Below are positions 27,311 through 40,437 of a stretch of 64,000 bases of DNA, in pieces. This DNA comes from Octopus sinensis (lineage: Eukaryota): positions 77,438,974 through 77,502,973 of the forward strand of contig NC_043007.1 in assembly GCF_006345805.1 (NCBI RefSeq), read 5' to 3'. The first letter of the stretch is position 1. Each line of letters opens with the position of its first letter. The notes beneath the pieces were generated by a model, which had not been told where the DNA came from, did not search any database, and was given only the letters and a program-made list of their open reading frames with translations. A program made the translations under genes and the position numbers.

Positions 27311-28540
27311 ATGTCGTCGTTTATGTATTCAGTGCAGAATGTAACAACAAACAGTACGGAATATAGTGTCACCATCGAAGAACTCAACTGGCAACAAGTT
27401 TTGATAAGACTTCCGTTTACTATTCTTATTGCATTAACAATGACCATTGGTTTCGTTGGAAACATTTTAACTATTTACGTTTATGGATTTCGTTTGAAAT
27501 TATCACCAACTTATTTCTTTGTTGTGATGCTGGCTTGTACTGATTTGATAATATGTGCCTGTGTGACACCAGCTCGTATTGTCCAAAATATTTACCCTTT
27601 GATGTCAACCTGGGATATATTGTGCAAGTTCCATTTGAGCTTATCAGTATTCACAGGACTTTGTAACTATGGTTTTCTACTGGCCATTGCAACGGATAGA
27701 TACAGAAAAGTATGCCAACCACTGAAGTATCAGATAACAATGAAAGCTGCTAAAATCATCACAGCCTGTATTTTTATTTTCTGTGCAACACAGGGAAGTA
27801 TTGCTCTTCTTTACTATGGAAGTATCAAGAAACCGACTATTTATCCTGGTATGAATAGCTATTCCTGCTCAGCAAAAAACTACAAGAAGCCTAACTATTA
27901 TCAACTTGGATTCTTTGCTCTCTACTTTCTGCTAGCAGTGTTTACGTTTGTTATTCTTGTTGTTCTCTACGGCATAATTCTTCGACGTATGAAAGTAATG
28001 AATAAAAGAAAAATTGCCATATCCCAACAAAACAGGAATAGCATCGCAAGCTTACCCTGTTCTGATAAGGGTCAACAAAAGTGGCTTGATGTACCAGAAA
28101 CGGTTGATTCTAATCGATTATCCACGAGCGTTTCTCTAGACGTAGTTGAATTGTCTGTTACCGAAATATCATCTAAAGTTTCCTCGGATGAGATATCAAC
28201 GGTATATACGAAAAACATTGCACCTCGTATGACTAAATTACGGGAAGCGGACAGCGAAAGACGAGCAAAAGAACAAGCCAAGAGGACAAAACGTACCACT
28301 ATAACAATGATGATGATTACTGTCGTCTTCATAATGACCTATTTGCCTTGCACCGCTACATTGATAGTAAACGCAGTTGTGAAATCCCTAAGCTCGGCTC
28401 CGAAAGCAGCATTGTTTTTCTACTGGTTTGCACGACATAGTTTTTACATCAGTTCTTGCTCAAATCCCATTATTTACAGCTGCAGGAACAAAAATTTTAT
28501 AGACGAAATTAAAAAGATATTTGGAATAAAACGGAAATAA
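27311..28540 (+). CDS. Class A (rhodopsin-like) GPCR, 409 aa, intronless CDS, orphan/peptide-receptor-like
   Basis: Uninterrupted ORF with 7 hydrophobic segments. Motifs: TM1 GN (GFVGNIL), TM2 LACTD, TM3 Cys (ILCK) with ECL2 Cys (YSCS), DRY (TDRYRKVCQP), TM5 LYG, TM6 FIMTYLP, TM7 NPIIY. N-terminal sequons NVT and NST. Long Ser/Thr-rich ICL3 and very short C-tail. Confidence 0.95.
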   Translation: MSSFMYSVQNVTTNSTEYSVTIEELNWQQVLIRLPFTILIALTMTIGFVGNILTIYVYGFRLKLSPTYFFVVMLACTDLIICACVTPARIVQNIYPLMSTWDILCKFHLSLSVFTGLCNYGFLLAIATDRYRKVCQPLKYQITMKAAKIITACIFIFCATQGSIALLYYGSIKKPTIYPGMNSYSCSAKNYKKPNYYQLGFFALYFLLAVFTFVILVVLYGIILRRMKVMNKRKIAISQQNRNSIASLPCSDKGQQKWLDVPETVDSNRLSTSVSLDVVELSVTEISSKVSSDEISTVYTKNIAPRMTKLREADSERRAKEQAKRTKRTTITMMMITVVFIMTYLPCTATLIVNAVVKSLSSAPKAALFFYWFARHSFYISSCSNPIIYSCRNKNFIDEIKKIFGIKRK

Positions 28541-28597
28541 ATTGAAACAAACTATCTAATGGATGCAAAAACTCTAACAAAAAATTCTAAGAGATAC

Positions 28598-28715
28598 ACA
28601 GCTGCTGCTGCTTCTTCTTCTTCTTCTTTCTTCTTCTTCTTCTTCTTCTTCTTTCTTCTTCTTCTTCTTCTTCTTCTTCTTCTTCTTCTTCTTTGTTTCT
28701 CTCTCTCTCTCGCTC

Positions 28716-28780
<65 letters not shown>
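28598..28780. repeat. Compound microsatellite (GCT)n(TTC)n(CT)n(TA)n just 3' of the GPCR stop
   Basis: Directly visible. Confidence 0.92.
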
Positions 28781-28781
<1 letters not shown>

Positions 28782-28884
28782 AGAGAGATAGTGTATGTAT
28801 GCATACACGCATGCTATCTACATACATATATAAATGCAGGAGAGTATTGTAGTTCGCTTGAAGCATTGCGTATTGTTTGTAAAG

Positions 28885-28890
28885 AATAAA
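28885..28890 (+). terminator. Candidate polyadenylation signal of the GPCR
   Basis: AATAAA about 345 nt after the stop. Other AATAAA copies occur at 28525 and overlapping the stop codon at 28536. Confidence 0.35.
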
Positions 28891-29218
28891 AAGCTTTGAA
28901 TGGTACACCAATGCACTATAATACAAATATAATACATTCATATATATAGACATGTACTCGGACGCATATATACATACATATACACAGACATGCAGATTAT
29001 TTGTATATATATGCTTGTGTGTGTGTGTGTGTAAAGGCTCAAAGGCTGAAACTTCGAAATTACTGTCAACCTTTCTTGTAAAAACTTATAAAAAATATTT
29101 TTTATCTATTTCTTCAACGTTTATTTTATATCTTTATAAATTTTGGCTTTCTTGAAGACAACGAAGATTCCCAAGAATGTTTGCCCCATTTTTATGTATC
29201 AATATTTGCATAAAACTA

Positions 29219-29810
29219 AGGCGGCGAGCTGCCAGAAACGTTAGCACGCCGGGCGAAATGCTTAGCAGTATTTCGTCTGCCACTACGTTCTGAGTTCAAA
29301 TTCCGCCAAGGTCGACTTTGCCTTTCATCCTCTCAGGATCGATAAATTAAGTACCAGTTACGCACTGGGGACGATATAATCGACTTAATCCGTCTGTCTG
29401 TCCTTGTTTGTCTCCTCTGTGTTTAGCCCCGTGTGGGCAGTAAAGAAATACGTATTTCGTCTGTGTTTACGTTCTGAGTTCAAATTCCGCCAAGGTCGAC
29501 TTTGCCTTTCATCCTTTCGGGGATGATAAATTAAGTACCAGTTACGCACTGGGGACGATATAATCGACTTAATCCGTCTGTCTGTCCTTGTTTGTCTCCT
29601 CTGTGTTTAGCCCCGTGTGGGCAGTAAAGAAATACGTATTTCGTCTGTGTTTACGTTCTGAGTTCAAATTCCGCCAAGGTCGACTTTGCCTTTCATCCTT
29701 TCGGGGATGATAAATTAAGTACCATTTGCGTTCTGGATCGATAAATTAAGTACCAGTTGCGTACTGGGGTCGATCTAATTGACTACCCCCCTCCCCCAAA
29801 ATTTGGGTCC
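29219..29810 (+). mobile_element. SINE family A, one head and about 3 units
   Basis: Periods of 183 and 184 bp. Confidence 0.88.
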
Positions 29811-30516
29811 TTGTGCTCAGAGTAGAAAAGAACATTTACATAAAACTGAATTATTTCTTTTTTATACCCCTTTTATAATCAAAGAATATTCATAAATAAA
29901 TTTTATATAATTTTCCATTGATAATCAGTTGGTCACAAAATAAATCATATCTTCTTCTGTCATTTACGTATATAATATATTCTAATGCTCAAAAAACTAT
30001 GGCGAGAAAGTCAACACCAATTTAATCAGTATATAAAAAAAGAAAACAAACGCCAAATATATTCAATTCTTGATAATGATGTTGTGAAGGTCCGGAAACT
30101 TCGGATGTGGATTTACGTACTCTACTCTTCCAAACCAGCAGTGGAGAGCTAATAAATATGAAAAGTATAAAATAAAAAAGATAAAGCTTCGATATAATCG
30201 AGTATTTAATAAAACACGCATAAAAGAAAGGCCGTTTCGTAATAACATAGTGGTATGGATATAAAGCCGAGAGAAACTAAACATCATCTAGCAGAGCTTT
30301 GGACTCTACTCACCTCAAGCCATGCTTGTATGCAGCTATCGTTGGATCATGTAAATGCAATAATATGTAATGATATATGTAACTTTCAGCATCTACCAGC
30401 TAATACTGATGAGCTGAAACAATTGTAGGGATTTGTAATAAAATCGTTCCTTTATTCCAGCTTCTCGTATTAAAATTCTTTATTATACACACGTGCGCGC
30501 GCACACACTCAGACAT

Positions 30517-30591
<75 letters not shown>

Positions 30592-31101
30592 CTAGACTGC
30601 TCGTGACCCGTTGGTTCGGGTCACCGGGAAACTCTGAGTTCCCAGCAACTGTGTTTCGTGGGTTTTTTTCTTTCTTTTCCAGGTTATTTCGCATGCTTTC
30701 AAAGAATATTACTTCGAAACCACGCGTAAACGGCTCCTTTCCCCATAAAAGGAAATATTTGGCTACTATTTCTTGCACGCCCTGCTACCATGTAACAAGT
30801 ATTTCGGGTCCTTTATCGCAAATAGCTGTTATGTGGTAGCAGGGTTTGCTAGAAATAGCAGTCAAATCTATGGAAAAAAAACTGTTTCACACCGAGGTTA
30901 CGAACGCGTCTTTTACGAAATATTTGCCATATTTTTAAAGTCATTTTCACTTTAAGATAGTTTTTCAAATATAGCAAAAATAATTTTTGTAATGGTATTT
31001 ACTTGAAAATAATTTAGAAAAACATTAAAATATTATCTGTTAAAATATAAATACTTACTGTACAAACAATTTAAATTTTTTAAATCACCTTCACTTAAAG
31101 A
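30592..31101 (-). mobile_element. Probable Helitron (third family); 5' end uncertain
   Basis: CTAG next to (TA)n, with hairpin TGACCCG-ttggtt-CGGGTCA. Confidence 0.5.
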
Positions 31102-31134
31102 TATTTCTAAATGATTAAACTATTGTATCTAAGA

Positions 31135-33170
31135 AACTACAGAGATGTAGCAAATGACTTAATCCGTGATCGTGTGCTGAAGCAAAAACTATTGCAGCGT
31201 GGAAGATGCTTGTAATTCGTTGTGTGCGGCCTTTCAGCAGCGCTTTGCTCAACTGTTCGGATCGAGTGGTGGTGGGATGCATAATGAGAGTGACTTCAGT
31301 GTCTACCTGGACGGCCTGCCACGACTCTCGGCCAGCGAGGCGGAGTGCTGCGAAAGACCGATAACAGCCTGGGAAGTACATGAAGCAATGAAAAGTTGCA
31401 CAAAAAAGCAGATCACCGGGTTTGGATGGTCTGCCCTACGAGCTTTATAGTTCAATGCAAGACTTGTTTGCGGGCTTCTTAGCAGACGTCAACCTCAACT
31501 GGCAACAAAATGAGAGAATCCCCACTTTTGTGTGTCGAATGGTGGTGGTACAGCTGGGAAAAGACTCAAACAAAAAGGACGTTATAAGAGAATTTAAGGC
31601 CCATCATTCCGCTCAATGTAGAGTTGAAGATTTTGGCCAAAGCTTTAGCCAAGAGTTTGGCGCTTGTCGTGGACAAGCTGATTGGCAAGGCGCAAACATG
31701 CATTGTCCCAACCGAGACTATTCACGACAACCTCCACTTCATGCGCTTCATCATAGAGAAGGTGGGTAACGAAGCTGGCATGGGTAGGGCTTTGATCAAT
31801 TTATATCATAGGGTCGACCATCAATACTTGGCAGCTGTTCTCAGGGCAGCCTGTGTCGGTCCGGTTTTCTGTGGTTGAATGCTGCTTTGTACAGCGGCAC
31901 CTGCTCGGTTGTTCGGGTGAATGGTCTCCTTTCAGAACCATTCAGCATTTTGCGCTCAGTCCGTCAAGGGTGCCCTCTCTCTTCCCTTCTGTATGTACTG
32001 ACTCTTCAGCCATTGCTGCAGAAGTTGGGGACTTTGAGCTAGAGTGTGGGAGAAGCATGTCTGCTTACGCCGATGATGTCACCGTGATACTGTCGAGTCA
32101 GAGATATGTAGACCTGATTGGCGACACATTAAAAGAATATGAAACTGTGAGAGGAGCAAAAATTAAGGCGGAAAAGTCAGTGGGCTTGCAACTCGGCACC
32201 TGGAGAAGCAAGTCCATGCCGTCCAACAGCGTCGTCGGGTGCTGGACAGACGGTCCGGTTAAATTGCTTGGGGTCTGGCTCGGTTCGGACCTCCAGGTGG
32301 AGAAAAACTGAGACGAGGTGACGAGAAAGGTGGCCAATCTGACCCACAAATGGGCCGAGAGGAAGCTGTCCCTGAAACGTCGAGCCGAGGTAGCGAATGC
32401 GTACATCTCATCCACTATCTATTACCGCTTGACCGTCGTCCTTTGCCCCACTACTAGTTGACCAAGCTGGTGCACTAACTCTTCCGCTTTCTGTGAAAGG
32501 GGCACGTTCCACTGGTCAAGCGTTCCATATGCTGTCAACGGCCGCTGGATGGAGGGCTGGGCATGCCGTGGTTACTGATACGCAGACATACGCTCAGGCT
32601 TCGGCGTCTCCAGTGTTTCCTGGACGGTGAGCAGGTGTGATCGCCGTTTGTCAGAGTTCCACAGCTCGTCTCTTTGACTAAGCTGCAATCCTGGATTAAA
32701 CGTAGACCGAGGAAGGGCACTTTGACCCCCACCAGGCGGCAATGCGATCGGTACTAGTTTCACTCTAGCGTTCTATAGAGGCTTAGTGGAGGAAAAGTGC
32801 GACAACGTTCTCGGAGAAACTCTAGGCGTCGACGAGGATCAACTTACTAGTCCGTTTCGAAGAAATTTCGGGCCAGGGCCTATGGATAAATCTGCCCGTT
32901 CGGGAAAAACTTTACAGGCACGAAAGTGCTGTCAGCTGGGCCTGCCCGAGGTGTTCTCAGAGCGACGAAACCGTTCTGCACACACTCGTCCAGTGCCCTA
33001 GCATTTCTGACATGTGGGTTTATATCGAATAGCTGCTGTCGCGTGTAGGACATAATGAAGATTGCCTCGCCGGCTTCCTTTAACCGTGAGCAGAAGGCAA
33101 TTTTCGTTCGTCTCTAAAGCCCTTTGTATCGTCCTGTCGGGTCCTTTAATGTATCTTTATATTAACCCTT
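31135..33170 (+). mobile_element. Tx1/L1-like LINE, RT region, degenerate
   Basis: PITAWEV, GLDGLPYELY, KILAKAL, RVDHQYL, VRQGCPLS, AYADDVTV, VKLLGVW across frameshifts. Confidence 0.9.
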
Positions 33171-33575
33171 GTGGCCCATAAAAGAAATTATTATTATTAT
33201 TATCACTATTATTATTATTATTATTATTTTTTTTTTTTTTTTGTGTGTCTGGAGTAAGAGGACGCTTGTTCGTGGATCGTAAGTTTTCTTGAAAATTTGC
33301 TTTTTATTAGCCGGTATTCCATATTTTGTTGAGCATCTAACTAAATAACTCAACTAGCTGCAAGAGTGACGAGCTGGTCAGACGCGAATTCACACCTTAA
33401 ATGGGAAAATTTTGAGATTTAAAATTGAAACTTTCATAACTTAAAACAAAAAAATGTTCAAATGGCTTCCTAAATCGAGGGAAGCGTTGACTGTTGGAAC
33501 AGCCACTATGACGTTATTTTCCCACCACTAGTTGATGTGGTCGAAAACGAAGCGCAGACAGCAGCAGCAACAACA

Positions 33576-33950
33576 GTGGCGGCGCAATGGCCCAATGGTT
33601 AGGGCAGTGGACTCACGGGCGGAGGATCGCGGTTTCGATTCCCAGACCAGACGTTGTGTGTTTATTGAGCGAAAACACCTAAAGCTCCACGAGGCTCCGG
33701 CAGTGCGAGGGGGGGGGGCGACCCCTGTTGTACTCTTTCGCCCCAACTTTCTCTCACTCTTTCTTCCTGTTTCTTGTCCCCGACTTCCTACGCAACCGCT
33801 GAGCCTGGATGCGCATTCATCCATCTGTCGATGCTCTCGGTGTCGGGGGTTGGCCTGCTTTCTCTTCTGCGGATCTTACGAATAGCAAAGGACCACGTTT
33901 CGGACTTCTCCCAAGAGAACGAAGACTGCTTCGCTCAACAAACAAACAAG
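33576..33950 (+). mobile_element. Composite SINE: head H1 + distinct tail T2 ending (CAAA)n
   Basis: Family C head up to about 33778, then unrelated sequence. Confidence 0.75.
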
Positions 33951-34096
33951 CAGCAACAACAAATACAGCAACAGCCATGACAGCAACAACAACAACAATA
34001 GAACCAACAGCAGCAACAACGAGCAAGATATATTTTTGAATGACGCAGGCGCAACCACCACCACCACCACTACTATCGCCACCATCAAAACAAATA

Positions 34097-34319
34097 CAAT
34101 AATCCTTCACCATATCGCGGTTCACTTATCGCGGTTTGCTATTTAAGCTTACGTCGATTTCTCCATGGTGTTGTTTTGTATTTATAATAAAATAAATATA
34201 TACAAATTATACAAATAATGCAAATAAATATACAATACAGTACTGTTTATACTTCAAGGATTTTCCCCCATCGCGGGGAGGTTTGGAACGTAAAACCCGC
34301 GAAAGTCGAGGGATTACAG
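34097..34319. mobile_element. Tigger/pogo-like MITE
   Basis: Imperfect TIRs ca.taatcc.tc..c.t.tcgcgg with TA flanks. Confidence 0.55.
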
Positions 34320-35025
34320 TATTAATAAAACGACAACAGTGGCCGTTCTTTTTTTCTATATAGAATGAGAACAATTTTGCCTGTCGGAAAATTGAAGAAG
34401 TTGAGTTAACTGAAAAAATATTGAGTGACGTTAAGCCGTACTTAACGAAGAATAGCAGAACAGTCTTCCGTAACACAGAGGACGAAGTACAAGAAAACGC
34501 TAAGAAAAAAAAACATTATATATAAATATATTTCGATTATGGTAAAGAGACTGGAGATAGCGACGCAGGCCCAGATCGAAAAGTGCCTGAGACTGGTCTG
34601 AGTGTAAAATCATTTGGCAAAGAAAATGCAACGACAGCCTTTAAACCATGCTTTTTTACTTCAAATTTTCAAAAACTTAAAAAAACACTTTTTCCCCTTT
34701 AGCAGCACCAAGCAAATTCCTGGTACTATGTGTAACTGGTGTCGCTAAAGTGAAACCCTCAAAACAAAAACAGATGAATAGTGACAGACGATTAAAAGAA
34801 GAAAAGTGCAATGAATAAAAGCGAAAAGCTGAATGTGTGTGTATGTGTGTGTAGTGGTCAGAATTTTGGATGAAGCTGGCTTTTGGGAGTGGCTGATAGG
34901 TATATGTTTGTGTATGTGTGTGTGTATGTATGAGTATGTCTGTATGTATATGATTGCGTGTGTTACCGTTTTGAATTGCTTTCTGTTATTGAACTTAAAT
35001 TGATCCCTGGTTATTAAAGGCCCGA

Positions 35026-35073
<48 letters not shown>

Positions 35074-35532
35074 TTGTTTTAAGTTTTGTATTCATTTGAA
35101 CTGCGGTCATGCATCAGATAACGTGGTAAGTCTTATGTTCCGAAATTTAAATGTTGAATTTGTTTTAATTATAAAATTACACCTCAACTATAAACACATC
35201 TTTTGGCTTTGGAAAACAGAACCTTTTCTTTGTCTTTCTATATTTTTTTGTTAGAATTTCTCTGTTTTGGCCAGCATTTTTCCAATTTCTTTTTTCTTGT
35301 ATCAAGCAATGGATGGAAGCATTAAAAAAATTAAATTCATAGAACCGGACAAAATCAAATTAATTTTAATCGAAATGATGGAAAGAAGTAAACATTTTCC
35401 TCCTTTCCTTAATACCAACAAGGGCATAGTATGAGGGAGATCTGGCTGTTATTTCTAGCAAATGAAACAACTTTGGTTCATTTGTTGATGTGTATAAGTA
35501 AACAAAAGTAAAGAAAAAACAAACACTAGCAA

Positions 35533-35563
<31 letters not shown>

Positions 35564-36049
35564 ATCAGCCGAAATTACTACGATGATCCGGTTCTTGACT
35601 GAAGACTGAGGGGTTCGAATGTCCTGTCCATGTTTATTGTATCGTCTTCTATGAGTTATACGTTCTTGTCCATGTTGTATTTTTCTACATACCTTAATAT
35701 ATATATATATATATATATATATGAATGTATGTATACATAATTTATAGCTTAGCCCAGTCTTCAGTTCTTGTCAAAGTTTTCAAATATATTATATGAATGT
35801 ATGTATACATATTTATGTGGGATCTCGTCCGTTTCACTTACAAAATCTGGATTCTTTAAAGGAAGTAAAAATTTTGAAAATTGATCTTTCATGTGTTATA
35901 TAGTATTCGAGTTGGATGTTAAAGTATAAATTTTACAGATTACAACCTTAAAGTTGACGCCACTTCAACACAGATAATTTCTGTTTCATTATTGGCTAAA
36001 AATAGGCAGTTTTTTTTTCATTTCAATTTTTAAACGTCTCTCTCTCTCT

Positions 36050-36410
36050 CTCTTTTACTCTTTTACTTGTTTCAGTCATTTGACTGCGGCCATGCTAGAG
36101 CACCGCCTTTAGTCGAGCAACTCGACCCCGGGACTTATTCTTTTTGTAAGCCCAGTACTTATTCTATCGGTCTCTTTTTGCCGAACCGCTAGGTGACGGG
36201 GACGTAAACACATAAGCATCGGTTGTTGGGGGGGACAAACACAGACACGCAAACACACACACACACATACATAAGAATGATAAGAACGACAGAAATAGGG
36301 TAAGTGAGTCTCTTCATTCTCCTTCTCTCTCTGACAGTAGCCTCGGGCCGACCAAAGTCTTGTGAGTGGATTTCGTAGACGGAAACTGAAAGAAGTCTGT
36401 CGTGTATATG
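36050..36410 (-). mobile_element. SINE family B, headless or interrupted
   Basis: Tail and part of the core. Confidence 0.8.
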
Positions 36411-36539
36411 TATATGTATTTCTTGCCGATAGAGAAAGAGCCAGTTTCTAACTTTGATCCAAGGCTACATCACTGGAATTTCATCATCAACTACAAGGTA
36501 TTTTTATATGTATTTTTTTATGTATGTAAAAAAAATAAT

Positions 36540-36790
36540 AAATGCGCCCTTTTAAAGCCTAGCCAAGGTCATGGGCCCGGTTTCCCGGTTTCTATGGCGT
36601 AAGTGTTCCCCAGCTGGACGGGATGTCAGTCTATCGCAGCGTTACTCATTTTTGCCAGCTGAGTGGACTGGAGTAACGTGAAATGAAGTGTTTTGCTCAA
36701 GAACACAATGCGTCGCCCGGTCCAGGAATCGAAACCACAATCTTACGATCATGATGCTAAAACCCTAACCACTAAGCCATGTGCCTCCAC
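36540..36790 (-). mobile_element. SINE head H2 + tail T3
   Basis: Reverse complement matches 3629-3868. Confidence 0.85.
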
Positions 36791-37099
36791 GTATATGTAT
36801 ATACTTGTGTATTTATCTGTGTTTGTCTCCCCACTATCACTTGACAACCGATGTTGCTGTGTTTAAGTACTAGTAACTTAGTGGTTCGGCAAAAGAGACC
36901 GATACAATAAATACTAGGCTTACAAAGAATAAATCCCGAGGTCGATTTCTTCAACTAAAACTCTTTAAGGTGGTGCTCCAGCATGGCCGCAGTCAAAATG
37001 GTGGCTAAAACAAGTAAAAGAATAGTTCCGAATTGTTTAGTTTGATTTTCTATGAATTTTTAAGTAATAACTACATCGAATGCACTCTATATTCACACT

Positions 37100-38175
37100 C
37101 TCTTTACTCTTTTTTTTACTCTTTTACTTGTTTCAGTCATTTGACTGCGGCCATGCTGGAGCACCGCCTTTAGTCGAGCAACTCTACCCCAGGACTTATT
37201 CATTGTAAGCCTAGTACTTATACTATCGGGTTCCTTTTACCGAACCGCTAAGTTACGGGGACGTAAACACATAAGCATCGGTTGTTGGGGGGGACAAACA
37301 CAGACACGCAAACACACACACACACATACATATATACGACGGGCTTCTTTCAGTTTCCGTCTACCAAATCAACTCACAAGGCTTTGGTCGGCCCGAGGCT
37401 ATAGTACAAGGCACTTGCCTAAGGTACCACGCAGTGGGACTGAACCCGAACCATGTGGCTCGTAAGCAAGCAACTTACCACACAGCCAGATTTCATGGAA
37501 TTAGTACAGATTACTCTTTTAACATTTCGCTCTCACTTGCAAATTAAACGAAGAGCTAAAACGAATAAGATGGCTTCTTCATTAGTTCGACATTAACGGT
37601 GTCGTCGTTGTCCTCGACTTCTTCGCTTGTGGAAGGATTCCAGCTGAGGTCTTTTGCCAACCACAGCCATCTTGAGCTGATTCCAAGCTGCCAAACCTCT
37701 TGTTTTGATGGCTTTTGAAAAAAAAATGGGATTTACCATAGTCTCTGTATTGTGAAATTAAGAGTTTGTTGACTTAGAAGGATGAATATCAAATACTTAG
37801 TCCTTAAGTAGACAAACCGGAATGTTTATGTGCAATTAACTAAACACCGACCCATCCCGTCGTTTCTTTGCATCACCATTGTCATCAACAGCATATATCT
37901 GAGAACAAGAAAACGGTGGGAAAATTATCCTTTTGTTTAAATACCACTCCAAATAGTAAATAACGCTAGCAGACACCCTCCCACACACACGCATACACAC
38001 AGGCGCGCGTGTGCGCACACAAATAGACACAATAAACAATGTTTACATTCTTTCACAGTGTATGTTCCCTACTCAAAACCATCGGCCTTGTTCTCGGTCC
38101 CTATCATATTCATCATGAATAATTATTCTCTTCTTTCATATATTTTTATATGCATGTGTACATATACGTGTGTAT

Positions 38176-38218
<43 letters not shown>

Positions 38219-39281
38219 TCTCTTTTACTCTCTCTTTTACTTGTTTCAGTCATTTGACTGCGGCCATGCTGGAGCACCGCCTTTAGTCGAGCAACTCTAC
38301 CCCAGGACTTATTCATTGTAAGCCTAGTACTTATACTATCGGTTCCTTTTACCGAACCGCTAAGTTACGGGGACGTAAACACATAAGCATCGGTTGTTGG
38401 GGGGGACAAACACAGACACGCAAACAAACACACACACACATACATATATACGACGGGCTTCTTTCAGTTTCCGTCTACCAAATCAACTCACAAGGCTTTG
38501 GTCGGCCCGAGGCTATAGTACAAGGCACTTGCCTAAGGTGCCACGCAGTGGGACTGAACCCGGAACCATGTGGCTCGTAAGCAAGCAACTTACCACACAG
38601 CCAGATTTCATGGAATTAGTACAGATTACTCTTTTAAACATTTCGCTCTCACTTGCAAATTAAACGAAGAGCTAAAACGAATAAGATGGCTTCTTCATTA
38701 GTTCGACATTAACGGTGTCGTCGTTGTCCTCGACTTCTTCGCTTGTGGAAGGATTCCAGGAGGTCTTTTGCCAACCACAGCCATCTTGAGCTGATTCCAA
38801 GCTGCCAACCTCTGTTTTGATGGCTTTTGAAAAAAATGGGATTACCATAGTCTCTGTATTGTGAAATTAAGAGTTAGAGTTTTGAACTTAGAAGATGAAT
38901 ATCAAATACTTAGTCCTTAAGTAGACAAACCGGAATGTTTATGTGCAATTAACTAAACACCGACCCATCCCGTCGTTTCTTTGCATCACCATTGTCATCA
39001 ACAGCATATATCTGAGAACAAGAAAACGGTGGGAAAATTATCCTTTTGTTTAAATACCACTCCAAATAGTAAATAACGCTAGCAGACAACCCTCCCACAC
39101 ACACGCATACACACAGGCGCGCGTGTGCGCACACAAATAGACACAATAAACAATGTTTACATTCTTCACAGTGTATGTTACCTACTCAAAACCATCGGCC
39201 TTGTTCTCGGTCCCTATCATATTCATCATGAATAATTATTCTCTCTCTTTCATATATTTTTATATGCATGTGTACATATAC

Positions 39282-39350
<69 letters not shown>

Positions 39351-39353
39351 ATA
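37100..39353. repeat. ~1.13-kb direct tandem duplication, each unit starting with a SINE B (-)
   Basis: Unit 1 about 37100-38217, unit 2 38218-39353, followed by a third, different SINE B at 39354-39570. Confidence 0.92.
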
Positions 39354-39550
39354 CTCTCTTTTACTCTCTCTTTTACTTGTTTCAGTCATTTGACTGCGGC
39401 CATGCTGGAGCACCGCCTTTAGTCGAGCAAATCGACCCCGGGACTTATTCTTTGTAAGCCCAGGACTTATTCTATCGGTCTTTTTGCCGAATTGCTAAGT
39501 GACGTAAACACATTGTCAAGCAATGTAGGGGGACAAACACAGACACACAA

Positions 39551-39610
<60 letters not shown>

Positions 39611-40399
39611 ACTGAAATGCGTTTCGACCGCTTGGATCGCGCTTTCAAGGCCACTACATCCCGTCCGATTGACTCCGAAATTTCAGGGACATGTGAAATG
39701 AGGTGACGATGCCCGTGGGCTACCTTAGAAACCCCTATCTTAAAAGGGTCGTTGGTAGGGCCAAAAACCCACTTTGACAAGTCCACTCTCGTTCTTTAAT
39801 GTATCTGTCTTCCTCAACTCACTCTCGCTATTTCCTCTCTTCCCAGCACTTTTTCACTCACTCTATTTCCTACATTCCCATCATTTTCACTTCGTCAAAC
39901 GGCCTTCTTTTATGTATCTGTCTGCATTCACAGAGAGAATTACCATCGCCACCACCAACACACAATCATGACAACAAATATTATGAATCTCGCCATCGCA
40001 TTCTATTGTCTGCCTATCAACGCGCCGATCGAGCAAATACAAACAGAACACACCAACGAGCGTTCGTGTTCTGGTGATAACGTAGGTTTTTCGTATCTAT
40101 TACATTTTAAAATTTATTTAGAACCCTGCAAATTTTTCGTGCTAATTTTCATTTTTTACTACTTTATTATTTTTTCTTAAATTGATGATTTTATTAAAAT
40201 TAATTCTAATTGACTGGGTCAACAGTTCGTTTCGTCGGAGGATATGGAAATTCCTATTACCCGTCAGAGAAATAACTCCAGCAGCTCACAACTATTTCAA
40301 CAAAGACACGGTTACCTGCTTACCAGTCGAATTCAGCGTCAACGCTCACGTGAGAGACACTCCAACACACACACACACACCACACACACACATATATAT

Positions 40400-40437
<38 letters not shown>

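Noticed and set aside
39612-39660. Hammerhead-like CTTGAAAG..GGTC-GAAACGCA on the minus strand
   Set aside because: No stem I pairing, wrong base at 16.1, and a truncated core.
40215-40275. CTGACGG..GAC-GAAACGA on the minus strand
   Set aside because: A9 and U16.1 are missing and stem I does not pair.
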